From: Candidatus Pelethousia sp.
GTDB lineage: Bacteria; Bacillota; Clostridia; Christensenellales; CAG-138
Assembly: GCA_034933245.1 (NCBI GenBank)
Contig: JAYFNX010000016.1
Coordinates: 4,005-68,004, forward strand
Length of the DNA: 64,000 bases
Direction of reading: 5' to 3'
In this document: positions 1-9,071 of the stretch, piece after piece
Position numbering within the stretch: the first letter of the stretch is position 1
Layout of the letters: each line of letters begins with the position of its first letter
Position numbers and translations under genes: made by a program
The notes under the pieces: model-generated
Database searches by the model: none
What the model saw: only the letters and a program-made list of their open reading frames with translations
What the model was told of the DNA's origin: nothing

Positions 1-1832
1 TAACCCGATCCAAATTTATGCGCATCGATGCAACATCCCGGCGCAATCTGGAACTGACGACGCCCATACGGGCAGATGGAAATAAAAAGAACACCTTGCT
101 ATATTTGCTGGATCAAACGGCCACGGCTATGGGAGGGCGTTTATTGCGCACCTGGATTGAACAACCGCTCCAAAACATAGCGGATATAAACGCGCGGTTG
201 GATGCGGTGGAATCCCTTGCAAATAAGCCGGTAGAACGGGAAGCCTTGGGAAAGGCCCTTTCCGCCGTTTACGATATTGAACGACTTTGCAGCCGCATTG
301 CCTATGGGTCTATAACCCCAAGGGATTGCCAGGCCCTTTCCCAATCTCTTTTCCGCATTCCGCAGATCTTGCCCATTCTGGATCTTCTAAAATCTGCGGA
401 ATTAAGCCGCATTCGGGATGGATTAGACCCTATGGAGGATATCGTATCCCTCCTTTGCAGCGCCATCGCCGAAAACCCGCCGCTCAGCGTAAAGGAAGGC
501 GGGTTTATTAAGGATGGCTATAACGCGGAGTTGGACGGCTACCGAACTGCCTCTCGTGACGGTAAGGATTGGTTGATAAAGCTGGAATCGGACGAGCGTA
601 CGAAAACCGGCATCAAAAACTTAAAAGTCGGGTACAACCGTGTATTCGGCTATTATATCGAAGTGAGCCGTTCAGCCGAACACTTGGTTCCCTATACATA
701 TCAACGCAAGCAGACCTTGGCAAATTGCGAACGGTATATTACACCCGAACTCAAAGAGCTGGAAAGCGCCATTCTAGGCGCGGAAGAAAAAGGTGTGGCT
801 CTTGAATATGCGCTTTTTCTTGAATTGCGCCGCGTCCTTTCCGACTGCATCGACCGTCTCCAGGAAAATGCCAGGCTTATCGCCAGCCTGGATGCTTATT
901 ACAGCCTCGCTCAAGCTGCCTTTATGCACGGCTATAATCGGCCCAAGCTGCAGATGAAGGGGAAAATTGAAATTTTGGATGGTCGCCATCCGGTAGTAGA
1001 ATGTGGCCTTAATGGAGGCTTTATTCCTAATAATACCCTATTGGATAGCAAGGAAAACCGCTTGCTGATTCTTACCGGGCCCAATATGGCGGGGAAGAGC
1101 ACTTATATGCGGCAGGTTGCCCTAATTGTCCTCATGTCCCATATCGGCAGCTTTATACCGGCCGCCTCCGCCTCCATCAGCATTACGGACCGGATCTTTA
1201 CCCGTATCGGCGCTTCGGACAGCCTAGCTTCTGGCCAAAGCACCTTTATGGTAGAGATGATGGAAATGAGCAACATTCTTAAAAATGCTACGGAAAATAG
1301 CCTGCTCATCCTTGATGAAATTGGCCGGGGTACCAGCACCTTCGATGGGCTGAGCATCGCTTGGGCCGTTTTGGAACATATTGCGGACAGGGCAAAATGT
1401 GGTGCCAAAACCCTGTTTGCCACCCACTATCACGAGCTCACAGAGCTGGAAGGAAAACTTGCCGGCATTAAGAATTACCGGGTATCCGTAAAAGAGGTGG
1501 GGGAGGATATCATATTTCTGCGCAAGATCGTCCGCGGCGGGGCGGATAAGAGCTTTGGCATCCAGGTTGCCCGTTTGGCTGGGCTTCCGGAGGACGTAAT
1601 TACCAGAGCAAAGGAAATTCTAAGCCAGTTGGAGGCTTCCGATATTAATCATGAGGCCATTTTGGATGGTGCCCAAGGGGAAGAAGAACCGGATCAGCAG
1701 CTTACCCTGTTTGGCCCAACTACGCCGGACGATATTGTCAACGACCTGCAACTTCTTGACGTAAATGCACTAACCCCGATGGATGCTCTAAACAAGCTAT
1801 ATGACCTGCACCTGCGTGCAAAACTGAGGTAA
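1..1832 (+). CDS. mutS: DNA mismatch repair protein MutS (5' end upstream of window)
   Basis: ORF 18..1832 has the MutS ATPase domain (Walker A GPNMAGKST, DEIGRGTSTFDG, THYHEL). The reading frame is open to base 1, so the internal Met at 18 is not the true start. Confidence 0.95.
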   Translation, partial: TRSKFMRIDATSRRNLELTTPIRADGNKKNTLLYLLDQTATAMGGRLLRTWIEQPLQNIADINARLDAVESLANKPVEREALGKALSAVYDIERLCSRIAYGSITPRDCQALSQSLFRIPQILPILDLLKSAELSRIRDGLDPMEDIVSLLCSAIAENPPLSVKEGGFIKDGYNAELDGYRTASRDGKDWLIKLESDERTKTGIKNLKVGYNRVFGYYIEVSRSAEHLVPYTYQRKQTLANCERYITPELKELESAILGAEEKGVALEYALFLELRRVLSDCIDRLQENARLIASLDAYYSLAQAAFMHGYNRPKLQMKGKIEILDGRHPVVECGLNGGFIPNNTLLDSKENRLLILTGPNMAGKSTYMRQVALIVLMSHIGSFIPAASASISITDRIFTRIGASDSLASGQSTFMVEMMEMSNILKNATENSLLILDEIGRGTSTFDGLSIAWAVLEHIADRAKCGAKTLFATHYHELTELEGKLAGIKNYRVSVKEVGEDIIFLRKIVRGGADKSFGIQVARLAGLPEDVITRAKEILSQLEASDINHEAILDGAQGEEEPDQQLTLFGPTTPDDIVNDLQLLDVNALTPMDALNKLYDLHLRAKLR

Positions 1833-1833
1833 C

Positions 1834-3750
1834 ATGAACAAGATCCAGGTTTTAAGCCTACATATCGCCAACCAGATCGCTGCCGGAGAGGTGGTGGAAC
1901 GGCCTTCTTCCATTGTGAAAGAATTGTTGGAAAACGCCATCGATGCGGGAAGCACCAGCATAACCGTGGAGATAGATGGGGGCGGGATAGAGTATCTGCG
2001 GGTAAGTGACAATGGTACGGGTATCCCCGCAGCGGATGTTCCCACTGCCTTTTTACGCCATGCCACCAGTAAGATCGCTACCGCGGAGGATCTGGAGCGC
2101 ATCCATACCCTGGGATTTCGGGGCGAAGCCCTTTCCTCCATTGCGGCGGTTGCCCGCATACGCCTTACGACCCGCACTGCGGAAGCAGAATCCGGTACAT
2201 GCATCGAGATTGCGGGAGGGGATATTCAATCGTGCGGCCCCATCGCCTGGGCGGAAGGAACCGGCATCGAAGTGCGGGATGTTTTCTATAACGTTCCTGC
2301 CCGGCGAAAGTTCTTAAAGAGCCGCAGGGCTGAAGCCGCCGCTATCGGCGATTTTGTCTCTCGGATTATTCTTGCCCACCCGGAGATTTCCTTTCGATTC
2401 CTGAATGCTGGAAAAACGATTTACCAAAGCCTAGGGGATGGGGATATAAAAAATGCCATCTATTGCGTTTACGGGAGCAAAGTTCTGGAGCATCTTCGTC
2501 CGTTTTCCTATGACGACGGGATGATAACCATCTATGGATTTTTGGGCACGGAACAGATTGCCCGCCCCAACCGGCTTCAACAATCCCTTTATGTAAACGG
2601 CCGGTATATCCACTCACAAAAAGTATCTTTTGCTGCCCAGCGTGCCTTTGATACCCGGCTCATGAGCGGAAAATTCCCATTTTACGTCATGCATTTAGGA
2701 CTTCCCTGGGATGAAGTGGATGTAAATGTCCATCCCCAGAAGCTGGAGGTTCGTTTTCGGGAAGAGGACACCCTCCTTCGGGCGGTTACGGTTGCTTGCC
2801 GAAAGGCCTTGGGGGACTCCGTCGCACCCCTGCTGCGGGGTGTGGATCTCCCGGCTTTTCGTAAGCAAACCAGCCATTTTGATGAAAAGATAGGGGAAGG
2901 GGAGACGATAGCGGAAAGGGAAGTGTACGTACCCTCCAATCTTAGGGAACAACTTGGAGACGGATTGCGGAAGGGAGAGGCTATGCCCATGCGCGAAGCA
3001 AGTGCAACGTCCTATTCCCATAGCAGACAAATCCAGAATTGGCAACGCGTCGATACACCAGCCTCTTTAAAAGAAGCCAGCCAGGACAATAAAGCAGATG
3101 AAAGAAAGTCAGCTCGGGAAGCCATGCCATCTCTTGCTGCTGCCGATGCGACGCTTCAAGCCGCTATGGAGTTTGGAGCTGCGCCTTACCGGGTGGTCGG
3201 ACAGCTATTTGATTGCTACTGGATTGTGCAACAAGGGGATCTCGTCTTCTTTATTGACCAGCATGCGGCCCATGAACGCCGGCTCTATGAGCGGCTGATG
3301 GCGGGTAATTTGGCCGGCGCTTCCCAGATGCTACTGCTGCCCGCTGTTGTTAAGCTATCTCCCGCCCAGTTTGACCTGCTTGTGAGCAACCTGCCTTCCT
3401 TTGCGGAGTTGGGGTTTGAGATGGAAGAGTTCGGCACTCTCACCGTGCGAATAACGGCTGTGCCGGATCTTCTGGGCGAAGCCCAAACGGTGGATTTTCT
3501 TTTTGAAGCCCTAGCCATGCTGGAAAAGCAGGGCCATATGGGTGCAAGGGAGCTTAAACGCGCCGCGCTCATCCAAGCATCCTGCAAGTATGCCATCAAG
3601 GCAGGTGCTGCGTTGGCACCCGAAGAAATCAGCACACTCCTGGAAGCATACTCGAAAAAGGGTGTGCCCATGACATGCCCCCACGGCAGGCCTGTTATGG
3701 TACAGATGCAAAAGCTGGAATTTGAAAAGCTGTTCAAACGGGTATTGTGA
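1834..3750 (+). CDS. mutL: DNA mismatch repair protein MutL
   Basis: GHKL ATPase N-terminus (ELLENAIDAG, DNGTGI, GFRGEAL) and a MutL C-terminal dimerisation region. ATG lies 2 nt after the mutS stop. Confidence 0.95.
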   Translation: MNKIQVLSLHIANQIAAGEVVERPSSIVKELLENAIDAGSTSITVEIDGGGIEYLRVSDNGTGIPAADVPTAFLRHATSKIATAEDLERIHTLGFRGEALSSIAAVARIRLTTRTAEAESGTCIEIAGGDIQSCGPIAWAEGTGIEVRDVFYNVPARRKFLKSRRAEAAAIGDFVSRIILAHPEISFRFLNAGKTIYQSLGDGDIKNAIYCVYGSKVLEHLRPFSYDDGMITIYGFLGTEQIARPNRLQQSLYVNGRYIHSQKVSFAAQRAFDTRLMSGKFPFYVMHLGLPWDEVDVNVHPQKLEVRFREEDTLLRAVTVACRKALGDSVAPLLRGVDLPAFRKQTSHFDEKIGEGETIAEREVYVPSNLREQLGDGLRKGEAMPMREASATSYSHSRQIQNWQRVDTPASLKEASQDNKADERKSAREAMPSLAAADATLQAAMEFGAAPYRVVGQLFDCYWIVQQGDLVFFIDQHAAHERRLYERLMAGNLAGASQMLLLPAVVKLSPAQFDLLVSNLPSFAELGFEMEEFGTLTVRITAVPDLLGEAQTVDFLFEALAMLEKQGHMGARELKRAALIQASCKYAIKAGAALAPEEISTLLEAYSKKGVPMTCPHGRPVMVQMQKLEFEKLFKRVL

Positions 3751-3751
3751 T

Positions 3752-4693
3752 ATGAACGAAAAAAAAATTGCCATTGGGGTATTGCTGGGACCTACGGCCA
3801 GCGGGAAAACCGCCCTGGGCGTGGCGGTTGCAAAGCGGTTGGAAGCACAGATTATTTCCGCAGATTCCATGCAAATCTACCGGGGTATGAATATTGGTTC
3901 CGCCAAGCCAACCGTGGAGGAGCAGGAAGGCATTCCCCACCATTTGCTGGATGTGGCGGATATCGATGGGCCAAAGTTTAACGTTGCACAATACCAGCGG
4001 TTGGCTGCGGCCGCCATCGCGTCTATCCATGCCGCAGGCGGGTATCCCTTGGTCGTTGGAGGGACGGGCCTCTATATTAACGCGCTTACCTGCGGGTTGG
4101 ATTTTAGCGAGACGGCCGGTGATGAAGGCCTTCGCGCCGAATTGGCTGAACAGGAAAAAGGACATCCCGGGGCCCTCTATGCGATGCTGCAAAAGGAAGA
4201 TCCAGATGCTGCACAACGCCTTCATCCCAACGATACGAAGCGCCTTATTCGAGCGCTGGAAGTCAAGAGATTGACAGGGAAGCCAATGTGCGCGGATTTT
4301 GAAAAAAGCGCGGCCGCAAACATTCCCTATGCACCCAAGCTGGTTGGATTGACCATGCCGAGGGAACTCCTTTATGCACGCATCGAAAAGCGAGTGGATC
4401 GTATGTTGGCCCAAGGCCTTCTGGAAGAGACGAGGGACATATGGGAGAAAGGTTATGATAGAAATCTACCTGCGCTGCAAGCATTAGGATATAAGCAGCT
4501 TTTTGCTTATTTTGCGGGTGAATCCACCTTGGATACGGCTGTGGATGTCATAAAGCGGGAGACGCGCCGCTTTGCCAAACGGCAGATGACCTGGTTCCGA
4601 CGGGATGCGCGCATTGTTTGGCTGGATATTACACAATACAGCGAGGCCGGACTTCTGGATGCGGCCTGTGCGATTTTGGCAGAGGAGATATGA
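3752..4693 (+). CDS. miaA: tRNA dimethylallyltransferase MiaA
   Basis: P-loop GPTASGKT and DSMQIYRGMNIGSAKP. The ATG at 3752 sits just after the mutL stop. The track start at 3722 is a TTG inside mutL. Confidence 0.92.
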   Translation: MNEKKIAIGVLLGPTASGKTALGVAVAKRLEAQIISADSMQIYRGMNIGSAKPTVEEQEGIPHHLLDVADIDGPKFNVAQYQRLAAAAIASIHAAGGYPLVVGGTGLYINALTCGLDFSETAGDEGLRAELAEQEKGHPGALYAMLQKEDPDAAQRLHPNDTKRLIRALEVKRLTGKPMCADFEKSAAANIPYAPKLVGLTMPRELLYARIEKRVDRMLAQGLLEETRDIWEKGYDRNLPALQALGYKQLFAYFAGESTLDTAVDVIKRETRRFAKRQMTWFRRDARIVWLDITQYSEAGLLDAACAILAEEI

Positions 4694-4694
4694 T

Positions 4695-4952
4695 ATGGGA
4701 AAGCCTTTGAATCTACAGGATACCTTTTTAAACGTTGCCCGCAGGGAACGCGTACCGGTTACCATCCATATAACAAATGGATATCAGATCAACAATGCCA
4801 TCATTTTAGGGTATGACAGCTTTGTGTTGCTGGTGGAAACAGAGGGCAAGCAGATGTTGCTCTATAAACATGCAATATCCACCATAACCCCGCAAAAGCG
4901 GGTGGAGTATAATAAAGAGCCAAAAAAGGAGATGGAACCCCATGCAGACTAG
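4695..4952 (+). CDS. hfq: RNA chaperone Hfq
   Basis: Sm-fold sequence LQDTFLNVARRERVPVTIHITNGYQINNAIILGYDSFVLLVE..MLLYKHAISTI. ATG at 4695 is 1 nt after the miaA stop. Confidence 0.9.
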   Translation: MGKPLNLQDTFLNVARRERVPVTIHITNGYQINNAIILGYDSFVLLVETEGKQMLLYKHAISTITPQKRVEYNKEPKKEMEPHAD

Positions 4953-6237
4953 CGACGACCGCTTCGAACCTTATAAAAAATTGGGCGTGGCGGATACGAG
5001 CATTGGATTTGTGCTGGATGCCGAGGCCGCTTTGGCCCCGGTTTTTGGACAGGTAGATGCCATAGAGGCCGCAAATGCGGCCCGGGTTTTGGAAGCTTTT
5101 CAAAAGGAAGGCGTTGCCCAGCGCCATTTCGCGCCCACTACGGGTTATGGTTATGACGATATCGGCCGTGACACATTGGATAAAGTCTTTGCCCATGCCC
5201 TTGAATGCGCGGATGCCTTGGTTCGTCCGCACTTTACAAGTGGTACCCATGCCATTTTTACAGCCCTTTCCGGCCTGTTGGAGCCGGATGACACCTTGCT
5301 CTCCATCACCGGCAAGCCTTATGATACGTTGGAGAACGCCATCGGCATTGCAGGGGATGCGCCAGGCTCTCTGCGGCGCATGGGCGTAAACTATAAGCAG
5401 GTGGAGCTCAAGGCTGATTCCATTGACCTTCCCAATGTGTTGGAAGCGCTGGAGGATGATAGTGTACGGGTGGTATATGTGCAACGCTCCCGTGGTTATG
5501 CCTGGCGCAACGCATTATTGCCCAAGGAGATGGGGCCTGTTTTCGACGCAATCCATAAAAAAAACACCGCAGCCTACATTGTGGTGGATAACTGCTACGG
5601 TGAATTTACACAACCGCATGAGCCCAGCTTCTACGGGGCGGATGTAATCATTGGTTCCCTGATTAAAAACCCGGGCGGCGGCATAGCGCCCACAGGCGGG
5701 TATATTGGAGGAACGCAAAAAGCCATCGCCCGCATAGAAGGGCGGCTAACCGTGCCGGGCATGGGCAGGGAAGTAGGCAGCTACGCGGGCAGCTACGTCC
5801 CCTTCTACCAAGGGCTGTTTCTTGCGCCTCATACGGTGGCGCAAAGCCTGAAAACCGCCGTGCTGTTTGCGCGTGTTTTTGAGGAAGCCGGGTTAATCAG
5901 CATGCCGCATAGCGCTGCACAGCGGAGCGATATCGTGCAGTCTTTGCGCTTTAAGAATGCGGACGGGCTCATTGCCTTTTGCCGCAGCATCCAAAAAGCT
6001 GCGCCGATAGATAGCTTCGTGACCCCGGAACCATGGGATATGCCGGGCTATCAGAGCCAGGTCATCATGGCGGCTGGGGCTTTTGTACAGGGCTCCTCCA
6101 TTGAACTGAGCGCTGACGGTCCTCTTCAGGCGCCGTATACAGCGTATGTGCAAGGCGGCCTTACCTATTCCCATGGCAGAATAGGCGCCATGTTTGCCGT
6201 GGACGCGCTGACAAAAATTGGAGAAATGTGCCTTTAA
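4942..6237 (+). CDS. YnbB-type PLP-dependent protein (methionine gamma-lyase / 'aluminium resistance' family)
   Basis: 431 aa with TTGYGYDDIGRD and SLIKNPGGG motifs typical of the YnbB family. Overlaps the hfq end by 11 nt. Confidence 0.8.
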   Translation: MQTSDDRFEPYKKLGVADTSIGFVLDAEAALAPVFGQVDAIEAANAARVLEAFQKEGVAQRHFAPTTGYGYDDIGRDTLDKVFAHALECADALVRPHFTSGTHAIFTALSGLLEPDDTLLSITGKPYDTLENAIGIAGDAPGSLRRMGVNYKQVELKADSIDLPNVLEALEDDSVRVVYVQRSRGYAWRNALLPKEMGPVFDAIHKKNTAAYIVVDNCYGEFTQPHEPSFYGADVIIGSLIKNPGGGIAPTGGYIGGTQKAIARIEGRLTVPGMGREVGSYAGSYVPFYQGLFLAPHTVAQSLKTAVLFARVFEEAGLISMPHSAAQRSDIVQSLRFKNADGLIAFCRSIQKAAPIDSFVTPEPWDMPGYQSQVIMAAGAFVQGSSIELSADGPLQAPYTAYVQGGLTYSHGRIGAMFAVDALTKIGEMCL

Positions 6238-6866
6238 TAGCGTCTGAATAAGGAAACCACCTTTCCAACCACAGCTACATCGTCATATGTAGCATAAATC
6301 GGCTCCATGCTTGGGTTTTCCGGCTGGAGCCTAATTTTATCCTGCTCAAAAAATATCCGTTTCACCGTAACGGAATCCTCACATACGCGCGCCACCACGA
6401 TGTCTCCATTCTCCGCTTTAAGGCCGCTGTGCACCACAATCATATCTCCATTTTGAATTCCCGCGCCAATCATGCTTTCCCCGCTTATACGAAGCATGAA
6501 GGCCTCATCCTGCTCTGCACCATGGAGAAGGGAGACAGGCAAGGAAATATATTCCTGAATGTTTTCAACGGCCAAGATAGGCTGGCCGGCAGCGACCGAT
6601 CCAACCAATGGAAGATCCCTATAAAGGGAGGCATTGTTACTAGGGGTAGGTACTTCCCCGCAAAGCGTGATGGAACGCTGCATAGAAGGGTGCTGTTTAA
6701 TCAGCCCCATCTCCGCCAGGTTTTTTAAATGCATATGCACCGTGGAAGTGGATTTCAAGCCCACTGCCGCGCAAATCTCCCGCACGGTAGGCGGAATGGT
6801 GTTTTCTTGGATGTATTTGCGGATGTAATCATAAACCGCCTGCTGAGATTTACCAAGCCTTTTCAT
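6234..6866 (-). CDS. lexA: SOS repressor LexA
   Basis: N-terminal winged HTH (PTVREICAAVGLKSTSTVHMHLKNL) and S24 peptidase Ser/Lys dyad (SGESM, TVKRI). ATG at 6866 is preceded by GGAGGT. The track ORF extends artificially to 6977. Confidence 0.93.
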   Translation of the reverse strand: MKRLGKSQQAVYDYIRKYIQENTIPPTVREICAAVGLKSTSTVHMHLKNLAEMGLIKQHPSMQRSITLCGEVPTPSNNASLYRDLPLVGSVAAGQPILAVENIQEYISLPVSLLHGAEQDEAFMLRISGESMIGAGIQNGDMIVVHSGLKAENGDIVVARVCEDSVTVKRIFFEQDKIRLQPENPSMEPIYATYDDVAVVGKVVSLFRRY

Positions 6867-6891
6867 GCTAACCTCCATGGATGGGATGTGG

Positions 6892-6897
6892 TATAAT
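6892..6897 (+). promoter_or_regulatory. Extended -10 element (TGgTATAAT) for the divergent ORF at 6976
   Basis: tgGTATAAT read at 6889-6897 on the + strand, about 80 nt upstream of the ATG at 6976. The -35 is poor. Confidence 0.45.
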
Positions 6898-6945
6898 ACT
6901 ATCATTATCGTGCTGCCGCAACTTATTATCGGCAGTATATCACAT

Positions 6946-6960
6946 AGTACAAATGTTTGC
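6946..6960. promoter_or_regulatory. Candidate LexA (SOS) box in the lexA / ORF-6976 divergent region
   Basis: AGTACAAATGTTTGC resembles the Gram-positive box CGAAC-N4-GTTCG and shares the core ACAAATGTT with the recA box at 16064-16077. It overlaps a possible lexA -35 (TTGTAC-N16-GATAAT on the - strand). Confidence 0.55.
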
Positions 6961-6975
6961 AAGGATGGAGATATC

Positions 6976-7332
6976 ATGAATCGTCAAGGAAAGCAAGAAT
7001 CGGATTATTGTGATCTGGACCCAACCAAGGTTTGCGATAATTGCTGCAGATGTTTGGATATGGACAAACAATACAATGAAGTGGAAGCCGAGCTTTCCCG
7101 CACGGATCGTATCGATGATGGAGCGCTGTTGGAGTTCCCCCTCGATTTTTATGAAGAAGAAGAGGGGGGGCAGTGCGACGCTTCCCAGGTCGCTCCCATC
7201 GAGATTGACCCGGCATTAAAAGAAGAATGGGAAACTCGCCTCAAGGCTTATGAAGCGGAACAAAAAACGGCCTATATGCGCACCTTGCGCGGTGTACGCA
7301 AAAAGCAGCCGAAAGACGGGGAAGAGGGATGA
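6976..7332 (+). CDS. Hypothetical Cys-rich, highly acidic 118-aa protein, divergent from lexA
   Basis: ATG at 6976 is preceded by GGATGGAG. The N-terminus carries 5 Cys in 15 residues (CDLDPTKVCDNCCRC), followed by an acidic stretch and a basic tail. No family recognised. Confidence 0.55.
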   Translation: MNRQGKQESDYCDLDPTKVCDNCCRCLDMDKQYNEVEAELSRTDRIDDGALLEFPLDFYEEEEGGQCDASQVAPIEIDPALKEEWETRLKAYEAEQKTAYMRTLRGVRKKQPKDGEEG

Positions 7333-7339
7333 TGCAGGT

Positions 7340-8389
7340 TTAATCCTCCCGAAGCTTTACCACTTGGGCCGCCTTACGTCTGTTGTCCTGGGATGCGGCG
7401 GCATAATGCTTGCGAGTGGTGTTCACATCCTTATGCCCCAGCACGTCGGCCACCAGATAAATATCTCCGGTCTCCCGATATAGGGTCGTGCCGAATGTGC
7501 TGCGTAGCTTATGGGGGGAGATATTCTTAAGGGGAACTGCTAATTTCGCATATTTTTTTACCAAATTTTCTACAGCCCGTACGGTGATTCTGCGGTTTTG
7601 AAGCGAAAGAAACAGTGCTTCCTCATGGCCTATCTGGGGCGTCATGCGTTCTCTTTCCAGCATATAGCCAAGCAGAGCGGTCCGCGCTTCCTCACCAAAA
7701 ACCAGAATGTCCTGCTTGCCGCCCTTACGGATGATAGAAAACTCATTGGCTGAGAAGTTAATATCATCCATGTTGATACCAACCAGCTCACTGATGCGGA
7801 TACCCGTGCCCAGGAAGAGGGTAAGGATAGCCAAATCCCTGGTTTGGGTGCGTTTATGATATTTCTTTTGCCCTTCCGTAAGGCCGTCTCCAGCCTGCAC
7901 GATATCCAGAAGATTCGCTACTTCGTCCGGTTCAAGGCGAATAATGGCCTGTTCGCGAATTACCGGTAAATCCACAAAGGCAGGCGCATTGGTAGCCAGC
8001 CTTTCTTTTTTATTAAAGTATTTATACAAGGCGCGCAGGGTGGAAAGCTTCCGCTTTTTTGCTCGCCCACCATTGAGAATCTCCTTTTCTTCTTCGTCCG
8101 TATAATAGGAAACATAACTTAAATAGTTCTCGATGGTGGTAATATCCACACGGTCCAGGTCCAACAAAGTGAGGGCTTGCATCGTTGCCTTTTCAAAACC
8201 CGGCTGGCAAATAAGGAAAGAAAAGAAGGTTTTTAGATCCACGCCATAAGCATACCGAGATCGAACCAACGTTTCATGTTCAATGCCTCTGAAGAATTCT
8301 CCACAAAAAGGAGGGAGCTCCTCGCAGAGACTCCGAAGCTTAAGCATATATTTTTTATACTCGCTTCCCGCATAATTGTCTGTAGCCAT
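7340..8389 (-). CDS. Tyrosine-type site-specific recombinase (Xer-like, 349 aa)
   Basis: C-terminal catalytic signature TGIRISEL ... HKLRSTFGT ... LGHKDVNTTRKHY (R..H-x-x-R..H..Y). ATG at 8389 is preceded by GAGGAG. No flanking phage or plasmid genes. Confidence 0.85.
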   Translation of the reverse strand: MATDNYAGSEYKKYMLKLRSLCEELPPFCGEFFRGIEHETLVRSRYAYGVDLKTFFSFLICQPGFEKATMQALTLLDLDRVDITTIENYLSYVSYYTDEEEKEILNGGRAKKRKLSTLRALYKYFNKKERLATNAPAFVDLPVIREQAIIRLEPDEVANLLDIVQAGDGLTEGQKKYHKRTQTRDLAILTLFLGTGIRISELVGINMDDINFSANEFSIIRKGGKQDILVFGEEARTALLGYMLERERMTPQIGHEEALFLSLQNRRITVRAVENLVKKYAKLAVPLKNISPHKLRSTFGTTLYRETGDIYLVADVLGHKDVNTTRKHYAAASQDNRRKAAQVVKLRED

Positions 8390-8432
8390 CTAAGCTCCTC
8401 ATAGTGCGTTCGCAATGCGATAGGATTGTTCC

Positions 8433-8472
8433 TATAACTATTCGTTAAACTTGCGTTTAACGAATAGTTATA
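8433..8472. repeat. Perfect inverted repeat, 18-nt arms with a 4-nt spacer
   Basis: TATAACTATTCGTTAAAC-TTGC-GTTTAACGAATAGTTATA. The arms were checked base by base as exact reverse complements. Located 43 nt upstream of the recombinase ATG. Confidence 0.95.
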
Positions 8473-8511
8473 ACGCTTTCAGGAGAAAATCACCGCATCT
8501 TGTTTTTTACT

Positions 8512-8955
8512 TTATCCCTGCCGCATTTGTTCAATGGCGCCCCTGGCTAATGCATCGCACCGATTGTTATACTCGTTGTCACTATGTCCCTTTACCTTAT
8601 GCCACGTAATTCGATGGTTTTTTGTATGGGCTAATAAGCGTTCCCATAAGTCTCGATTCTCAACATCCTTTTTTGCGGAGGTTTTCCAGTTGTTGCGCTG
8701 CCAGCCGGTTAGCCAGCCTTCATTAAACGCGCGGTATAAATAAGCGCTATCCGTATAGAGATCCACTGCACAAGGCTCGCGAAGCGCATCCAACGCGCAG
8801 ATCGCCGCCATGAGTTCCATGCGGTTGTTGGTCGTATAGGTTTCACTACCGGAAAGCTCCTTACAATGGTGATGATAGAGCAATATAGCGCCCCAGCCGC
8901 CCGGCCCAGGATTTCCAGAACACGCACCATCTGTATAGATCGTTATTTGTTTCAC
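8512..8955 (-). CDS. rnhA: Ribonuclease HI
   Basis: TDGACSGNPGPGGWG, TNNRMEL, TDS, GHSDNEYNNRCD (DEDD catalytic pattern). GTG start at 8955. Confidence 0.9.
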   Translation of the reverse strand: MKQITIYTDGACSGNPGPGGWGAILLYHHHCKELSGSETYTTNNRMELMAAICALDALREPCAVDLYTDSAYLYRAFNEGWLTGWQRNNWKTSAKKDVENRDLWERLLAHTKNHRITWHKVKGHSDNEYNNRCDALARGAIEQMRQG

Positions 8956-9011
8956 AATAATTGTTCCCTATTTCCTATTTTTTATACTCTATTATACCAC
9001 AGGAAAGACAA

Positions 9012-9041
9012 TTGACATATCCCCTGCTATAGTGCTATAAT
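9012..9041 (+). promoter_or_regulatory. Sigma-A type promoter for tRNA-Trp
   Basis: TTGACA (9012-9017), 18-nt spacer, TATAAT (9036-9041), about 30 nt upstream of the tRNA. Confidence 0.7.
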
Positions 9042-9071
9042 ATGAAAGCTGGCCTGTTCCAGTTTTTGTAT

